NCBI GenBank assembly: GCA_033762295.1 | Contig: JANRLW010000076.1 | Coordinates: forward strand, 1 to 47,064 | From: Capsulimonadales bacterium | Lineage (GTDB): Bacteria; Armatimonadota; Armatimonadia; Armatimonadales; Armatimonadaceae | Direction: 5' to 3' | DNA length: 47,064 nt | Part shown: piece after piece, positions 20,493 to 31,326 of the stretch | How positions within the stretch are numbered: position 1 is the first letter of the stretch | Layout of the letters: the number at the start of each line of letters is the position of its first letter | The notes under the pieces: generated by a model | What the model saw: the letters and a program-made list of their open reading frames with translations, nothing else | Told to the model about the DNA's origin: nothing | Databases searched by the model: none | Translations under genes and position numbers: made by a program

Positions 20493-22784
20493 ATGGCCAA
20501 ATCGTTAATCATTGTGGAATCACCGGCAAAAACGAAGACGCTCCGAAGTTTTCTCGGAAAGGACTTCGCGATCGAAGCCTCCATGGGCCACGTCCGCGAT
20601 CTTCCGGAAAACAAGATGGGCGTCGATGTCGCCGATAACTTCAAGCCGAACTATGAGCCGATCGCCGAACGCAAGGACGTGCTGGCCAAACTGGCCGCCG
20701 CGGCCAAGGGAGCGGAGAAAATCTATCTCGCGTCCGACCCCGACCGGGAGGGCGAAGCGATCGCCTGGCATATCGCGAACGCTCTGAAGTTGCCCGAAAA
20801 CAGGGTACATCGCATCCAGTTCAACGAGATCACCCGCAGCGTCGTTCAGGAAGCGATCAAAAACCCGCGTCAGATCGATATGGACAAAGTCAATGCCCAG
20901 CAGGCGCGACGTGTCCTGGATCGCCTGGTGGGGTACACCATCTCGCCGCTCCTTCGCAAGAAGATCAGCCAACGGATGAAACTGTCGGCCGGACGCGTCC
21001 AATCCGTCGTTCTTCGACTTATCTGCGAGCGGGAACGAGCGATCCGCGCATTCGTTCCGACGGAGTACTGGACCCTGACCGCGCGCCTGACGCCGCAGGA
21101 AGGCAAAAAGCCGCATCCGTTCGATGCGCATCTCAACGCCTACCGGGGCAAGAAAATCGAACTGAAGAACCAGGCCGATACCGATCGTGTTCTGGCGGAC
21201 CTGAACGACGCCCGGTATCGGGTCGATAAGGTCAAACGGTCCGAACGTCAGCGCAAGGCCGCGCCGCCGTTCATTACCTCCACGCTACAGCAGGAAGCGG
21301 CCCGGAAACTCGGCTTCTCGTCCAAACGGGCGATGACGGTCGCCCAGCAGTTGTATGAGGGTATCGACCTGGGCAACGACGGCGGCCAGGTCGGTCTGAT
21401 TACGTATATGCGTACCGACTCGACCCGCGTCTCCTCCGAGGCGCAGGCCGACGCGAAACAGTATATCCAGCGTACCTACGGACCGGAGTACGCGCCCGAA
21501 CGGTACAACGTCTACAAGACCAAAGGCGACGCCCAGGATGCTCACGAGGCTATCCGCCCGACGTCCGTCTTCCGGGAACCGGACGCGATCCGCGGTCACC
21601 TGAACAATGATCAGTACAAACTGTATCGTCTGATCTGGCTGCGGTTCGTCGCCTCGCAGATGAAAGCCGCCGTTCTGGATGTCGTCACCGCCGACATCCT
21701 GGCGAACGACTATACCTTCCGGGCGACCGGATCGACCGTCAAGTTCGACGGCTTTCTGCGCGTTTACACCGAAGGGAAGGATGACGCCACGCAGGTCGAT
21801 GACGAGGAGAAGCCGCCGCTTCCGCCGCTGACCGACGGGCAACCGCTCACGCTGCTCGAACTGTTGCCCAAACAGCACTTCACCGAACCGCCGCCCCGCT
21901 TCACCGAGGCGACGCTCGTCAAGGAGATGGAAGCGCAGGGAATCGGGCGACCGTCGACCTACGCCAGCTTTATTTCCACCCTACAGGATCGAGAATATGT
22001 TGAACTGAAGGAGAAAAAGTTCTACCCGACGGAACTGGGCTTCGTCGTCACCGATATGCTCGTCGGCAGTTTCCCCGAGATCATGGATGTCAACTTCACC
22101 GCCGCCATGGAAACCAAACTGGACGGCGTTGCGGACGGCAAACAGGACTGGGTGGCGCTGATGAAGGACTTCTACGGACCGTTCGAGGCGACCGTCAAGC
22201 AGGCGGACCAGACGATGGGCAAGTTCGCCCGCGAAATCGACGAAGCCTGCCCCGAGTGCGGCAGTCCCCTCGTCGAACGGTTCGGACGGTTCGGGAAGTT
22301 CATCGCCTGCTCGAATCATCCCAACTGCAAGTACATCAAGAAGGAAGAGAAGAAGGGCGACGCCGAGGCCGCGCCACCGGTCGTCTCCGAAATCACCTGC
22401 CCGAACTGCGGACGCAATCTGGTGGAGAAGACCGGGCGATTCGGGAAGTTTCTGGCCTGTCCCGGCTACCCGGAATGCAAATACATCCATAAGGCGGCCG
22501 CCAAGACGACCGGGATCAAATGCCCCTCCTGCACGGAAGGCGAAATCACCGAGAAACGTTCGCCCAAAGGGATTTTCTACGGCTGCAGCAACTATCCGAA
22601 GTGCCGATTTACGCTGTCGAGCAAACCGATCAATCGTCCCTGTCCGCTCTGCGGTTCCCTGCTGATGGAAAAGGTCAGCAAGGGAGATGTGGTCGGCATC
22701 AAATGCTCGAACAAGGCCTGCGGCTATGCGGCGGACGTGCTTCCGGCGGATCTGAATTCCGATCCCTCGCGCATGGCCGCCTGA
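20493..22784 (+). CDS. topA: DNA topoisomerase I (type IA) with four C-terminal zinc ribbons
   Basis: LIIVESPAK, ASDPDREGE, SAGRVQS, ITYMRTDS, AHEAIRPT, GIGRPSTY; four C4 zinc-ribbon repeats. Confidence 0.99.
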   Translation: MAKSLIIVESPAKTKTLRSFLGKDFAIEASMGHVRDLPENKMGVDVADNFKPNYEPIAERKDVLAKLAAAAKGAEKIYLASDPDREGEAIAWHIANALKLPENRVHRIQFNEITRSVVQEAIKNPRQIDMDKVNAQQARRVLDRLVGYTISPLLRKKISQRMKLSAGRVQSVVLRLICERERAIRAFVPTEYWTLTARLTPQEGKKPHPFDAHLNAYRGKKIELKNQADTDRVLADLNDARYRVDKVKRSERQRKAAPPFITSTLQQEAARKLGFSSKRAMTVAQQLYEGIDLGNDGGQVGLITYMRTDSTRVSSEAQADAKQYIQRTYGPEYAPERYNVYKTKGDAQDAHEAIRPTSVFREPDAIRGHLNNDQYKLYRLIWLRFVASQMKAAVLDVVTADILANDYTFRATGSTVKFDGFLRVYTEGKDDATQVDDEEKPPLPPLTDGQPLTLLELLPKQHFTEPPPRFTEATLVKEMEAQGIGRPSTYASFISTLQDREYVELKEKKFYPTELGFVVTDMLVGSFPEIMDVNFTAAMETKLDGVADGKQDWVALMKDFYGPFEATVKQADQTMGKFAREIDEACPECGSPLVERFGRFGKFIACSNHPNCKYIKKEEKKGDAEAAPPVVSEITCPNCGRNLVEKTGRFGKFLACPGYPECKYIHKAAAKTTGIKCPSCTEGEITEKRSPKGIFYGCSNYPKCRFTLSSKPINRPCPLCGSLLMEKVSKGDVVGIKCSNKACGYAADVLPADLNSDPSRMAA

Positions 22785-22814
22785 CGTTCGCCCGAGACGT
22801 CGGCATTCGGCGGG

Positions 22815-23777
22815 TTACCCGACGATGCCGACGCTCCACTCCTTTGCGAGCACCGTCAGTTTCTCCGACGTCGGGACCCGGGCGCGGCGCGTCAGCACGT
22901 CCCCCTCGTTCTCCTCGATCTTATCCAGAATGCGCGCATACAGGAGCCGGGCAAGCCGCACCGGCAGTCGCGACGGCTTCGGGATAAAGGAAAATCCTTC
23001 GTCGGAATGCGCGTAGATTTCTCGGGTACGCTCGGCCTCAAACCGTACCAGCGCCTTGAAGCGTTCGGTGATCCGCTTCCCGGCGATATCCGATTCGGTC
23101 ACGCCGAACCGCCGAAGGTCCTCCAGCGGCAGGTAAATACGCCCTCGTCGGTCGTAATCCTCGCCGACATCGCGCAGAAAGTTCGTCATCTGCATCGCCA
23201 GACCGAGACTGGTCGCGTACGGAACCGCCTCCTCCGCAGACGCGCCGACGATATGGCACATCATCAGGCCGACCACGGACGCCGATCCCCAGGTATATTT
23301 TTGCAGGTCCTCGAACGTCTCGTAGCGGGAGACGGTCAGGTCCATCTCCATCGCGTGGAGGAAGTCGCGCATGTAACTTCCGGGGATATCGTAACGGCGC
23401 GCCGTATCGGCGAACGCCGCCAGCACCGGATGCTCGGAACCGCCCGTTTTGATCGCGTCCGCCGTGGCATCCCGCCACTGTCGAAGTCGATCGCACTGCT
23501 CGGCGATGGTCAGGTCGCCGGGATTATCGACCCATTCATCCGGATAGCGTACCCAGGCATAGAGAGCATGAACGGCACGTCGGTACGCTTTCGGGAAAAA
23601 GCACGTCGAAAAATAGTAGGTCGTTCCGTAATGCTTGTTGACGAGACGGCAGTGTTCGTACGCGGCGGTCAGCCCTTCCCCCGCGATCGGAGGATACGGC
23701 GACACGACGGCGCACTTTTCACCGCGTTTGCCCGTGGATTGGGACGCACGATTCCCGAAAATGAGATGCATGGACAT
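22815..23777 (-). CDS. crtB: Phytoene/squalene synthase family protein
   Basis: TYYFST, RYPDEWVD, MEMDL..RY.TF..L..Y, LGLAMQMTNFLRDVGED, GRIYLP; start uncertain. Confidence 0.88.
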   Translation of the reverse strand: MSMHLIFGNRASQSTGKRGEKCAVVSPYPPIAGEGLTAAYEHCRLVNKHYGTTYYFSTCFFPKAYRRAVHALYAWVRYPDEWVDNPGDLTIAEQCDRLRQWRDATADAIKTGGSEHPVLAAFADTARRYDIPGSYMRDFLHAMEMDLTVSRYETFEDLQKYTWGSASVVGLMMCHIVGASAEEAVPYATSLGLAMQMTNFLRDVGEDYDRRGRIYLPLEDLRRFGVTESDIAGKRITERFKALVRFEAERTREIYAHSDEGFSFIPKPSRLPVRLARLLYARILDKIEENEGDVLTRRARVPTSEKLTVLAKEWSVGIVG

Positions 23778-23811
23778 GAGCGAGGCAACTTTCTCCTGCC
23801 TAAACAACCGA

Positions 23812-23838
23812 AAAGACCGGAAACTGGTTCCGGTCTTT
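23812..23838 (-). terminator. Intrinsic terminator after metF
   Basis: Perfect 11-bp inverted repeat AAAGACCGGAA-actgg-TTCCGGTCTTT, T-rich run on the - strand. Confidence 0.7.
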
Positions 23839-23883
23839 ATACAGTACCCCAAACTATTCCGAATTACTCGATCCGGCATCCGG

Positions 23884-24765
23884 CTAAATCACGGCGAACT
23901 TGCCCTGAAGGGTCTGACAGATATCGGCGGTCGCCCGGCTCCGGTTAAGAGTGTAAAAATGAATGCCACTTACCCCGTTCGCCAGGAGGTCCAGACACTG
24001 CCGGGTCGCATGCTCGACGCCGACTTCGTAAACCGCGTCCGCATCCTGTTCCACCGCCTCGATCTTCAGCAGAAGGGGATGAGGGATTTTCGCACCGCAC
24101 ATGGTCACAAACCGCTTGATCTGCGCCACATTCAGAATCGGCATGATACCGGCGATGATCGGGGCGTCGATTCCCATCGCCCGCGCCTGATCCCGCCAGC
24201 GGTAGAAGTCGTCATTATCGAAAAACAACTGGGTGACGATGAAATTGCCGCCGTTCTCGATCTTCTGACGCAGGTGCTCCAGGTCGCGCGTCCGGTTCAA
24301 ACATTGCGGATGTCCCTCCGGGTAGCCGCTCACACCGATCGAGACATCGGGATAGTTGCCGCGCAGGAAGGCGACCAGTTCCCCGGAGTTATTGAACCCA
24401 CCGGGGGTCGGCGTAAACATCCCCGTTCCGCCGGGCGGGTCACCACGCAACGCCAGCAGGTTCCGGATACCGTGACCGTACAGTTCGTTGACGACGTCCG
24501 CGGTCTCCTCGTGCGTATGGTTGACGCAGGTCAGGTGGGCCATTACCCGGAGGCCGCTTTCGTTCTGTATCCGTCCGGCCAGTTCCACCGTCTTTCGACG
24601 GGTCGAACCGCCCGCGCCGTACGTCACCGACACATAGGAAGGCTGCAGAGGACGCAGTCGATCGATCGTTTTGAAAAGCTGGTCAAACCCGCCGTCATCC
24701 TTCGGAGGAAAGAATTCAAACGAACAGGTGGGCATTCCGAGGGAGAATAGTTCATCCACGCGCAT
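23884..24765 (-). CDS. metF: 5,10-methylenetetrahydrofolate reductase
   Basis: SFEFFPPK, SVTYGAGG, AHLTC, LALRGDPP, YPEGHP, TQLFFD, HFYTLN; TATAAT 6 nt before ATG 24765. Confidence 0.97.
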   Translation of the reverse strand: MRVDELFSLGMPTCSFEFFPPKDDGGFDQLFKTIDRLRPLQPSYVSVTYGAGGSTRRKTVELAGRIQNESGLRVMAHLTCVNHTHEETADVVNELYGHGIRNLLALRGDPPGGTGMFTPTPGGFNNSGELVAFLRGNYPDVSIGVSGYPEGHPQCLNRTRDLEHLRQKIENGGNFIVTQLFFDNDDFYRWRDQARAMGIDAPIIAGIMPILNVAQIKRFVTMCGAKIPHPLLLKIEAVEQDADAVYEVGVEHATRQCLDLLANGVSGIHFYTLNRSRATADICQTLQGKFAVI

Positions 24766-24810
24766 AGACGTATTATACCCAGGTTCCATCATGTACCCCT
24801 TCTTTCCCTC

Positions 24811-27666
24811 TTACGGTTTCTTCAGCGTCTTCAGCGTGCCACGATTCAGATCCAGTTGCCCGATCGGAATCACCTCGACCCCCCGCAATTTCGCCCGCAG
24901 AGCCGGCAGGAACTGACGTCCGTCGCCGACAATCACCAGGCTTGCCGCTTCCGCCTTCAGGGCGGTCGCAGCAAACGCTCGAACCTCCGCCGGGGTCACT
25001 GCCTGCACCCGTGGCAGATACGTATTGATACCGGTCAGGGGTAGTCCGAAGATCGCCAGGGAGGCGGATTCGGCGGCGAGTCCCGCGCCGGTCTCCAGCG
25101 CCCGAGCGTAATCGCCGGAAAGCGCGGCCTTACGCGTCGTCATCTCCGATGCCGGGGGCCGCGTCGACGCCAGGCGGGCCAGTTCCGAACGAAGAAGCGT
25201 GGCGACCTCGGGAACGGCAGCGTTCCGTGTCTGCGCCGACGCCGTAAAAAGGCCGCCGTGACGCCGCGTCTCCATCCGGCTGCCCGCGCCATAGGACAGA
25301 CCGCGCTTGATCCGGATCTCCTGGTTCAGACGCGAGGAGAACCCGCCGCCCAGAATATCGTTGGCGACTCGCCCGACCACGTACCGCGGGTCCTCGCGTC
25401 GGATCGCCGGGCGGGCCAGTAATACCGCGGCCTGTCCGGCATCCGGCTTGTCGATCACGACCACCCGCCCGCCATTTCCGGCGCGAACCGCCGGAGCGGG
25501 CGAAGCCGGTCTTCGTCCTCCCGCCATGCGTCCGAACAGCGTCGAGGCCAGACGATAGGCGCGTTCCGGCATGATATCGCCGCCAAAGACCAGAATCAGG
25601 TTCCGGGGATGGAAATGCGCATCGTAGAACGCCCGAATCCGATCCGGAGTGAGTTTTCGGAGCGACTCCGGGGTTCCGCCCAGCGCATGGCCGTAGGCCG
25701 TGTCGCCGAACACGACCCGCGCCGCCGCATACCGCGCGATCGTTCCGGGCGACCGCAGTCCGATCGTCAGCTGGTCGATCGTCTCGGCGCGCAGACGGTC
25801 CGCCTCGTCCGGTCGGAAGGCGGGCGCTTTCACGACCTCCGCAAAGATCGGCATCGCTTCGTCCAGACGCGCGGACAGACCCGACAGACTGACCGTCATC
25901 GCATCCCACCCCGCGCCGGACCCGATCGAGCCGCCCAGCGCCTCGATCCGTTCGGCGATCTGTGTGGCGGAGCGTGTCTTCGTTCCGCGTGTCAGCAGGG
26001 ACGCCGTAAAATCCGCCAGACCCGCCGCGCCCGCCGGATCGAACGTCCCACCTGCGCGGACAGCGGCTGTGACGGTGGTCAACCCGGTCCCCGGCTGCGA
26101 AACGACGATCACGCGTACGCCGTTCGGAAGCGTTCGCTCGGTCGGGGTCGGAAACGTCACGCGGCGCGGCGCGGAGGGTTTCGGTGGCTGCTCGGTCGGC
26201 GTCGACGGCGCGGGCGGTGTGGCACTTTCCGGAGCGGATGACGCGCCGCCCGCGCCGCCCTGCTCCTGTTCGCCGTTCGTATAGCGGACCGTCACACGAT
26301 TCTCCGGAACGAAGTACTTCTGCGCCACTCGCCGAACGTCCGCCGCCGTGACCGCCTGCAGTCGGGCCAGGTCCGTGTTGACCCGCGCCGGGTCGCCCTG
26401 CATCGTCACCGCGTAGCCCAGAGCGGAAGCGCGTCCCTCGGCGGTTTCCCGTTCGCCGAGCGCATCCGCCAGCAGCTGGTTCCGCGCCTTCTCCAGTTCC
26501 GCGGTCGTGACGCCATCGGCTTTGAGGCGTTCGATCTCGCGCACCATCGCCGCCTCCACCTGATCGAGGGTCTTTCCGCCCGCCGAAATCGCCGTAAAGC
26601 CGAAAAGCCCGGCATCCGCCCGCAGGTCGGCGGTCGCATCCGCCTGCGAAGCCACCTGCTGTCGATACACCAGCGACTGGTACAGGCGAGACGACTCTCC
26701 GCGCGACAGAATCACCTCGGCGATCCGTAACGGTTCCGCATCCTCGTTGGCGACCGGCGGGACCAGATAGTTGAGGACGACCGCCGGCAGCGGAACGTTC
26801 GGCCCGCTCTCCTCGAACCGTTTCTCACCGGTCCGTTCCGGTTCCCGAACGGTGACACGCGGAATCTCGCCCTCCGGCTTCGCGATCCGCCCGAAGTATT
26901 TATCCACCCAGGCGTCCAGTTTTGCCGGTTCGAAATCGCCGGAGACGATCAGGACGGCGTTATCCGGGCGGTAATAGGTGGCGTGAAACCGTCGAACATC
27001 CTCGATCGTCGCCGCCTCCAGGTCGGCGATACTGCCGATCGTCTCCCGCCGGTAGGGATGCTCGATGAACGAATGCTGGGACACGTAAAGAAAGAGGCGA
27101 CCGTACGGCTGTGAGAGGTAGTTCTGCCGGAACTCCTCCTGAACGACCGCACGTTCCGAAGCGAAATTGCCCGGTTCGACATTGAGGTTCGCCATTCGGT
27201 CGGCTTCCGCCCAGAGCAACGTCTCCAGGTAGTTGGACGGTACCGTTTCATGGTAGACCGTTCGGTCGTCCGCCGTGTAGGCGTTGTTCGCCCCGCCCAC
27301 ATCTTCGGTCAGGCGGTCCATCATCTCCGACTTCATGTTCCTGGTCGACTTGAACATCATATGTTCGAAAAGATGCGCGAAGCCGGACCGGCCTTCCGGA
27401 TCGTCCTTGCCGCCGACCCGGTACCAGACCTGGATCGCGACCGTCGGGCTTTTATGGTCCTCGATCGCGAAGAAGCGCAGACCGTTCGGAAGGGTCCGCT
27501 CCCGATAGCGGACCTCGGGAACGCGTACCGGCGTCGTCCGGGCGGGAGGAGCCGTGCGTGCCCTCGGCGCAACCTGCGCAAAAGCCGGAGTGAGAGCCGT
27601 CAAAACGGGAAGCAGCAAAGCGACAGGCGTCATCAGGCGAGAAACGGTGCGGAACGTTCGTATCAT
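24811..27666 (-). CDS. M16 family zinc metallopeptidase (PqqL/pitrilysin-like), secreted
   Basis: Signal peptide; inverted zinc motif HLFEH; NAYT; second half with RLNQEIRIKRGLSYG; start re-assigned to ATG 27666. Confidence 0.93.
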   Translation of the reverse strand: MIRTFRTVSRLMTPVALLLPVLTALTPAFAQVAPRARTAPPARTTPVRVPEVRYRERTLPNGLRFFAIEDHKSPTVAIQVWYRVGGKDDPEGRSGFAHLFEHMMFKSTRNMKSEMMDRLTEDVGGANNAYTADDRTVYHETVPSNYLETLLWAEADRMANLNVEPGNFASERAVVQEEFRQNYLSQPYGRLFLYVSQHSFIEHPYRRETIGSIADLEAATIEDVRRFHATYYRPDNAVLIVSGDFEPAKLDAWVDKYFGRIAKPEGEIPRVTVREPERTGEKRFEESGPNVPLPAVVLNYLVPPVANEDAEPLRIAEVILSRGESSRLYQSLVYRQQVASQADATADLRADAGLFGFTAISAGGKTLDQVEAAMVREIERLKADGVTTAELEKARNQLLADALGERETAEGRASALGYAVTMQGDPARVNTDLARLQAVTAADVRRVAQKYFVPENRVTVRYTNGEQEQGGAGGASSAPESATPPAPSTPTEQPPKPSAPRRVTFPTPTERTLPNGVRVIVVSQPGTGLTTVTAAVRAGGTFDPAGAAGLADFTASLLTRGTKTRSATQIAERIEALGGSIGSGAGWDAMTVSLSGLSARLDEAMPIFAEVVKAPAFRPDEADRLRAETIDQLTIGLRSPGTIARYAAARVVFGDTAYGHALGGTPESLRKLTPDRIRAFYDAHFHPRNLILVFGGDIMPERAYRLASTLFGRMAGGRRPASPAPAVRAGNGGRVVVIDKPDAGQAAVLLARPAIRREDPRYVVGRVANDILGGGFSSRLNQEIRIKRGLSYGAGSRMETRRHGGLFTASAQTRNAAVPEVATLLRSELARLASTRPPASEMTTRKAALSGDYARALETGAGLAAESASLAIFGLPLTGINTYLPRVQAVTPAEVRAFAATALKAEAASLVIVGDGRQFLPALRAKLRGVEVIPIGQLDLNRGTLKTLKKP

Positions 27667-27692
27667 GTCGTCGTATTCTACACCGAGGACGG

Positions 27693-29264
27693 TCAGACCC
27701 GCACTTCCAGGGGAAGGCCGAACTCCTCCGGAAATAACGATTCCACCTCCGCCACAAACCCGATCTCCAGGTGCGGGTTGCCATCGGTCGTCAGGTCCAG
27801 CCACAGTCGGCGTCCCGCGACCGTGACCGTCAGCCCTTTGACGCGCCCCAGGTGGGACCGGTCCAGCCCCTCCGCCAGACGGAGCAGGATCGACAGGCGG
27901 CGTACCAGCTTCTGGTTCTCGCGGGACAACGTTTGAAAGTGCTCATGACGCCGTTTGGGCGCGCTTTTTCGGTGGAAGTAGGCGAGGTTGGCGATGATCT
28001 GAACCTCCTCATCGGTAAATCCCGCCATTTCCGCATGCCGGATAATGTAGTAGGAGTGCCGGTGGTGCGCGGACCGGGCGACGAAGATGCCGATATCGTG
28101 CAGAAGCGCGGCGTATTCCAACAGTTCCCGCTCCCGCTGCCCGTAATCCATCAAACCGACCCGGCACAGTTCATCGAAGATCCGCAACGTCAGAAACACG
28201 ACGTGTCGGGCGTGCGGCAGTTCGCCTTCCATCAGTCGCGCCAGCCGTTCCACCGAACGTCGCCGCGCCCCCGCCTCGAATCCCGCCTTCTCCCCGCCTC
28301 GACGCAGCAGAGCGTCGACGATGACCCCTTCGCGAAGACTGCGGTCGGCGATTCGAAATCCGGGGACGCTCGCCTCCTCCGCCAGCGTCAGCAGCACCGC
28401 CGCGCCTGCGACGATAATATCCGCTCGCTCCGGGTTCAGTCCCGGCACGGCCCGCCGCTCCTCCTGCGTCATGCGGCACAACTGGCGCGCGATCGTTCCC
28501 AACTCGTCGGTCGTCAGCACAAACTCGGTCAGATGCGCCGGTTCGATACCCGCCCGCATCATCGCGATCTTCGCCAGGTTGGTCGCCGTGCCGGACGACG
28601 CGATGGCGATATCGAACCCGCTGTCGCGGATATGCCGAAGCGCATGCGCTGCCGTCAGACGCACATGTTGCTGCATTTCGGCGAACAGGGTCGGGGCGAC
28701 CGGGCCGGTCAGGCCACGCAAAAACTGATTCGCCACGCGGATCGCGCCCAGTTTCAGACTGTCCAGCATCGAATGGCCGGACCCCGTTCCGATAATCAGT
28801 TCGGTCGAGCCGCCGCCGATATCGATGAAGAGTCCCCGGCGCTCCCCCATTTCGAGACCGGAAACGACGCCCAGATAGATCAGCCGCGCCTCCTCGATCC
28901 CGGAGACGACCCGAACCTGAATTTTCGCCTCCGATGCCGCGCGTGCCAGAAACTCGTCCCGGTTCTCCGCCTCGCGCAACGCCGCCGTACCGATCGCGAC
29001 CACTTCCGACGCACCGTACCCGCGAGCGATCTCTCCGAACGTCTTCAATGCGGTTATGCCGCGCGCGATGGCATCCTCGGTCAGCAGATGTCGCTCGAAC
29101 TCGTTCTGTCCGAGACGGACCGTCTCCTTGTACTGGGCCAGCGTCGTCCAGTTCTGTGCGGCTTCGTCCAGACGAACGACGGAAAGGCGGACCGAGTTGG
29201 AGCCGATGTCGAGGGCGGCCAGCACGGACGGATCGACCGGCGGCGGGAGAGGGGTGGAATCCAT
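27693..29264 (-). CDS. ppx: Ppx/GppA exopolyphosphatase with C-terminal HD domain
   Basis: ALDIGSNSVRL, TAALREA, DIGGGSTE, ERADII, LREG, ALLHDIG. Confidence 0.95.
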   Translation of the reverse strand: MDSTPLPPPVDPSVLAALDIGSNSVRLSVVRLDEAAQNWTTLAQYKETVRLGQNEFERHLLTEDAIARGITALKTFGEIARGYGASEVVAIGTAALREAENRDEFLARAASEAKIQVRVVSGIEEARLIYLGVVSGLEMGERRGLFIDIGGGSTELIIGTGSGHSMLDSLKLGAIRVANQFLRGLTGPVAPTLFAEMQQHVRLTAAHALRHIRDSGFDIAIASSGTATNLAKIAMMRAGIEPAHLTEFVLTTDELGTIARQLCRMTQEERRAVPGLNPERADIIVAGAAVLLTLAEEASVPGFRIADRSLREGVIVDALLRRGGEKAGFEAGARRRSVERLARLMEGELPHARHVVFLTLRIFDELCRVGLMDYGQRERELLEYAALLHDIGIFVARSAHHRHSYYIIRHAEMAGFTDEEVQIIANLAYFHRKSAPKRRHEHFQTLSRENQKLVRRLSILLRLAEGLDRSHLGRVKGLTVTVAGRRLWLDLTTDGNPHLEIGFVAEVESLFPEEFGLPLEVRV

Positions 29265-29298
29265 GCCCCATTATAACCCGGTCCGCCGAGCCGCAACT

Positions 29299-31260
29299 TT
29301 ACGACCCCGGAGTCCAGCGGTAAAGCAGGTTTTTGCCCCGGAAGTCCTCTTCGACCAGCACCAGATACTCTCCGTTCCTCCGCTTCCATGCCTGCACCGA
29401 ATAGGGCATATCCTGCCAGCCCGCCTGGCCGCCGACCTCCGGCCCCGGATAAAACGAGCCGACATAGCCGCCGTCCGAGAGCCGATAAATGTGCGTATAC
29501 TGCTTCCCGTCCTCCGGTTTTACCATTCCGACAAACAGGTAATCACCGGCGATATCCACCCCCTCCGGGGTCAGCGGCTTGCCATTCTCTCCGGTCGGAT
29601 TCACCGGCAGGGCGATCGTCCAGCGAGCGACCCGTTTCCCCGCTCGCCATCCGTCGTAACGGCGACAGGTTTTGCCGGCTACCCCCCAGGAATCGATCGC
29701 CTGCCCCTTCAGATAACCGAATACGTAAAGGCGGTCCGCCGCCGGGTCGTAAAGAACCCGCCGAACCAGTTCGAAATCGTCCGGCCAGAGGAATTCTTCC
29801 GGCTTTTCCCGGTCGTAACGCGGCGTTTCCCCATCCCATCCCCGGAACCGATAGACACGCATTGTTCGTCCCGGCGCGTCTCCGTACCAGATATCGCCGT
29901 CCTGCGTGAGATTCCAGGCCCAGGCTTCGGTCTTTTCCGGCGGGCCGATCCGCGCGACCTCGCGCAAAATACGACTCCCCGGCTTTTCGAACGTGTACAG
30001 GCGGTATCCGCCGCCGTACTGACCGATCATCGCGACCAGCGTTTTGCCCTGCACCCGTCGAACGAGCACCGAGGCAGGCCCCTTGATCCGCTCGTCGTTC
30101 GGATAGGCGATGTGGTCCAGCGTTACCGCAACACAGGTCTGCTCCCGACCGGAGATACGTCGATCGAGGTCCAGGTCGAAAATGGCGGTCCGGCTGAAAA
30201 CCGTCCGACCGTCCGTTCCCGGATCGAAACCGAACGTATCGACGAATGCCGTGTTGTACCGTTCCCAGCGGAGTTCCCCGGTCGGTTTGAACGAGCGCAG
30301 AAAAAGATTGCCGACCGGCCCGGTGCCGAACGACATTGCCACGTACAGATTGCCCTGCGCATCCGTCCCCGCGCCGCGCAGCGAAAACAGCTTGTCCGGA
30401 CGCCATGCGCCGGGCGTCCCGGCCCGCAGCCCGCCCTCCGTTCCGAAGGTCGCCACCCGTTTCGGCGCGCCCGCCACATCATAGATCAGGACCTGTTGCC
30501 GCCGCCCGTCGTCGCACACCAGGAGACGCCCGCGATGGTCCCATGCCAGCGCCGTTGGCGTTCCGACATCGGCCAGTTCCCCGAGCGGTTGACCCGTATC
30601 GCTGAGGTGGCGGATTGCGGTTCCGGCCAGGACCCACAGACTATTGTCCGGGGCGATCACCACGTCTTTCGCACCGGTGATCGGCAGGGAGCGCAGGACG
30701 CTCAGATCGTCCGCACGCCGCAGTTCAATCTCGTTCGGATAAACGACGGCCAGACGGTCCGCCGTCGCCGCCAGCCCGACCGCCTGAACTCCGGTCTCGA
30801 CATGGGTATCGTAGACGACCGAATCGGTGTCGCCCGGTTTCCAGGTGAAACGTAACAGCTTCTTTCCGGTGGTGGCGGCATACACGCGGCTTCCGTGAAC
30901 GGCGATCGCATGACCGCCGGTTCCCCAGCCCCACGCGCTGTTGGCCAGTCCCTCGCCCTTCGCCTTGACCAGGATCCGCCCCGGCCTACCCTCCTTATAC
31001 AGTCCGAGACAGCGTCCGGCCTCGTCCCCGTCGATGGCGGCGAAGACGGTGCCATCCGGGGAGACGTCGATCTCATCGGCGGCGTTCTGAATCCAGAACC
31101 CTTCGCCGTTCGGCCCGCCGTCGCCGCCGAACGAATTGCCGACCCAGGACGTTCTCCAAACGCCGGGCGGCGGGGTGAACGTCGGGGGATTCCGCCCGTA
31201 CGCCGCAGGGACGCCGATGGCTGACAAAACGAGGAACGGGACCGCAAAAATAGGTTTCAC
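29299..31260 (-). CDS. Secreted beta-propeller (NHL/SMP-30-like) protein
   Basis: Signal-peptide-like N-terminus from GTG 31260 (GGAG SD); repeated blade motifs (VSPDGTVF, IAPDNSLWV, WDHRGRLLV, TDAQGNLYV). Confidence 0.75.
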   Translation of the reverse strand: MKPIFAVPFLVLSAIGVPAAYGRNPPTFTPPPGVWRTSWVGNSFGGDGGPNGEGFWIQNAADEIDVSPDGTVFAAIDGDEAGRCLGLYKEGRPGRILVKAKGEGLANSAWGWGTGGHAIAVHGSRVYAATTGKKLLRFTWKPGDTDSVVYDTHVETGVQAVGLAATADRLAVVYPNEIELRRADDLSVLRSLPITGAKDVVIAPDNSLWVLAGTAIRHLSDTGQPLGELADVGTPTALAWDHRGRLLVCDDGRRQQVLIYDVAGAPKRVATFGTEGGLRAGTPGAWRPDKLFSLRGAGTDAQGNLYVAMSFGTGPVGNLFLRSFKPTGELRWERYNTAFVDTFGFDPGTDGRTVFSRTAIFDLDLDRRISGREQTCVAVTLDHIAYPNDERIKGPASVLVRRVQGKTLVAMIGQYGGGYRLYTFEKPGSRILREVARIGPPEKTEAWAWNLTQDGDIWYGDAPGRTMRVYRFRGWDGETPRYDREKPEEFLWPDDFELVRRVLYDPAADRLYVFGYLKGQAIDSWGVAGKTCRRYDGWRAGKRVARWTIALPVNPTGENGKPLTPEGVDIAGDYLFVGMVKPEDGKQYTHIYRLSDGGYVGSFYPGPEVGGQAGWQDMPYSVQAWKRRNGEYLVLVEEDFRGKNLLYRWTPGS

Positions 31261-31326
31261 CGCGCTTCTCCGGGCCGCCCGGTCCTTTGCCAGCACCGGA
31301 AAAGTTGACGTTCAACGGCCCGAACC

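Noticed and set aside
2621..22784. Inteins in dnaE, rpoB, rpoC or topA
   Set aside because: No C/S…HN-C/S/T splice junctions or LAGLIDADG blocks seen; the extra length is explained by structural inserts.
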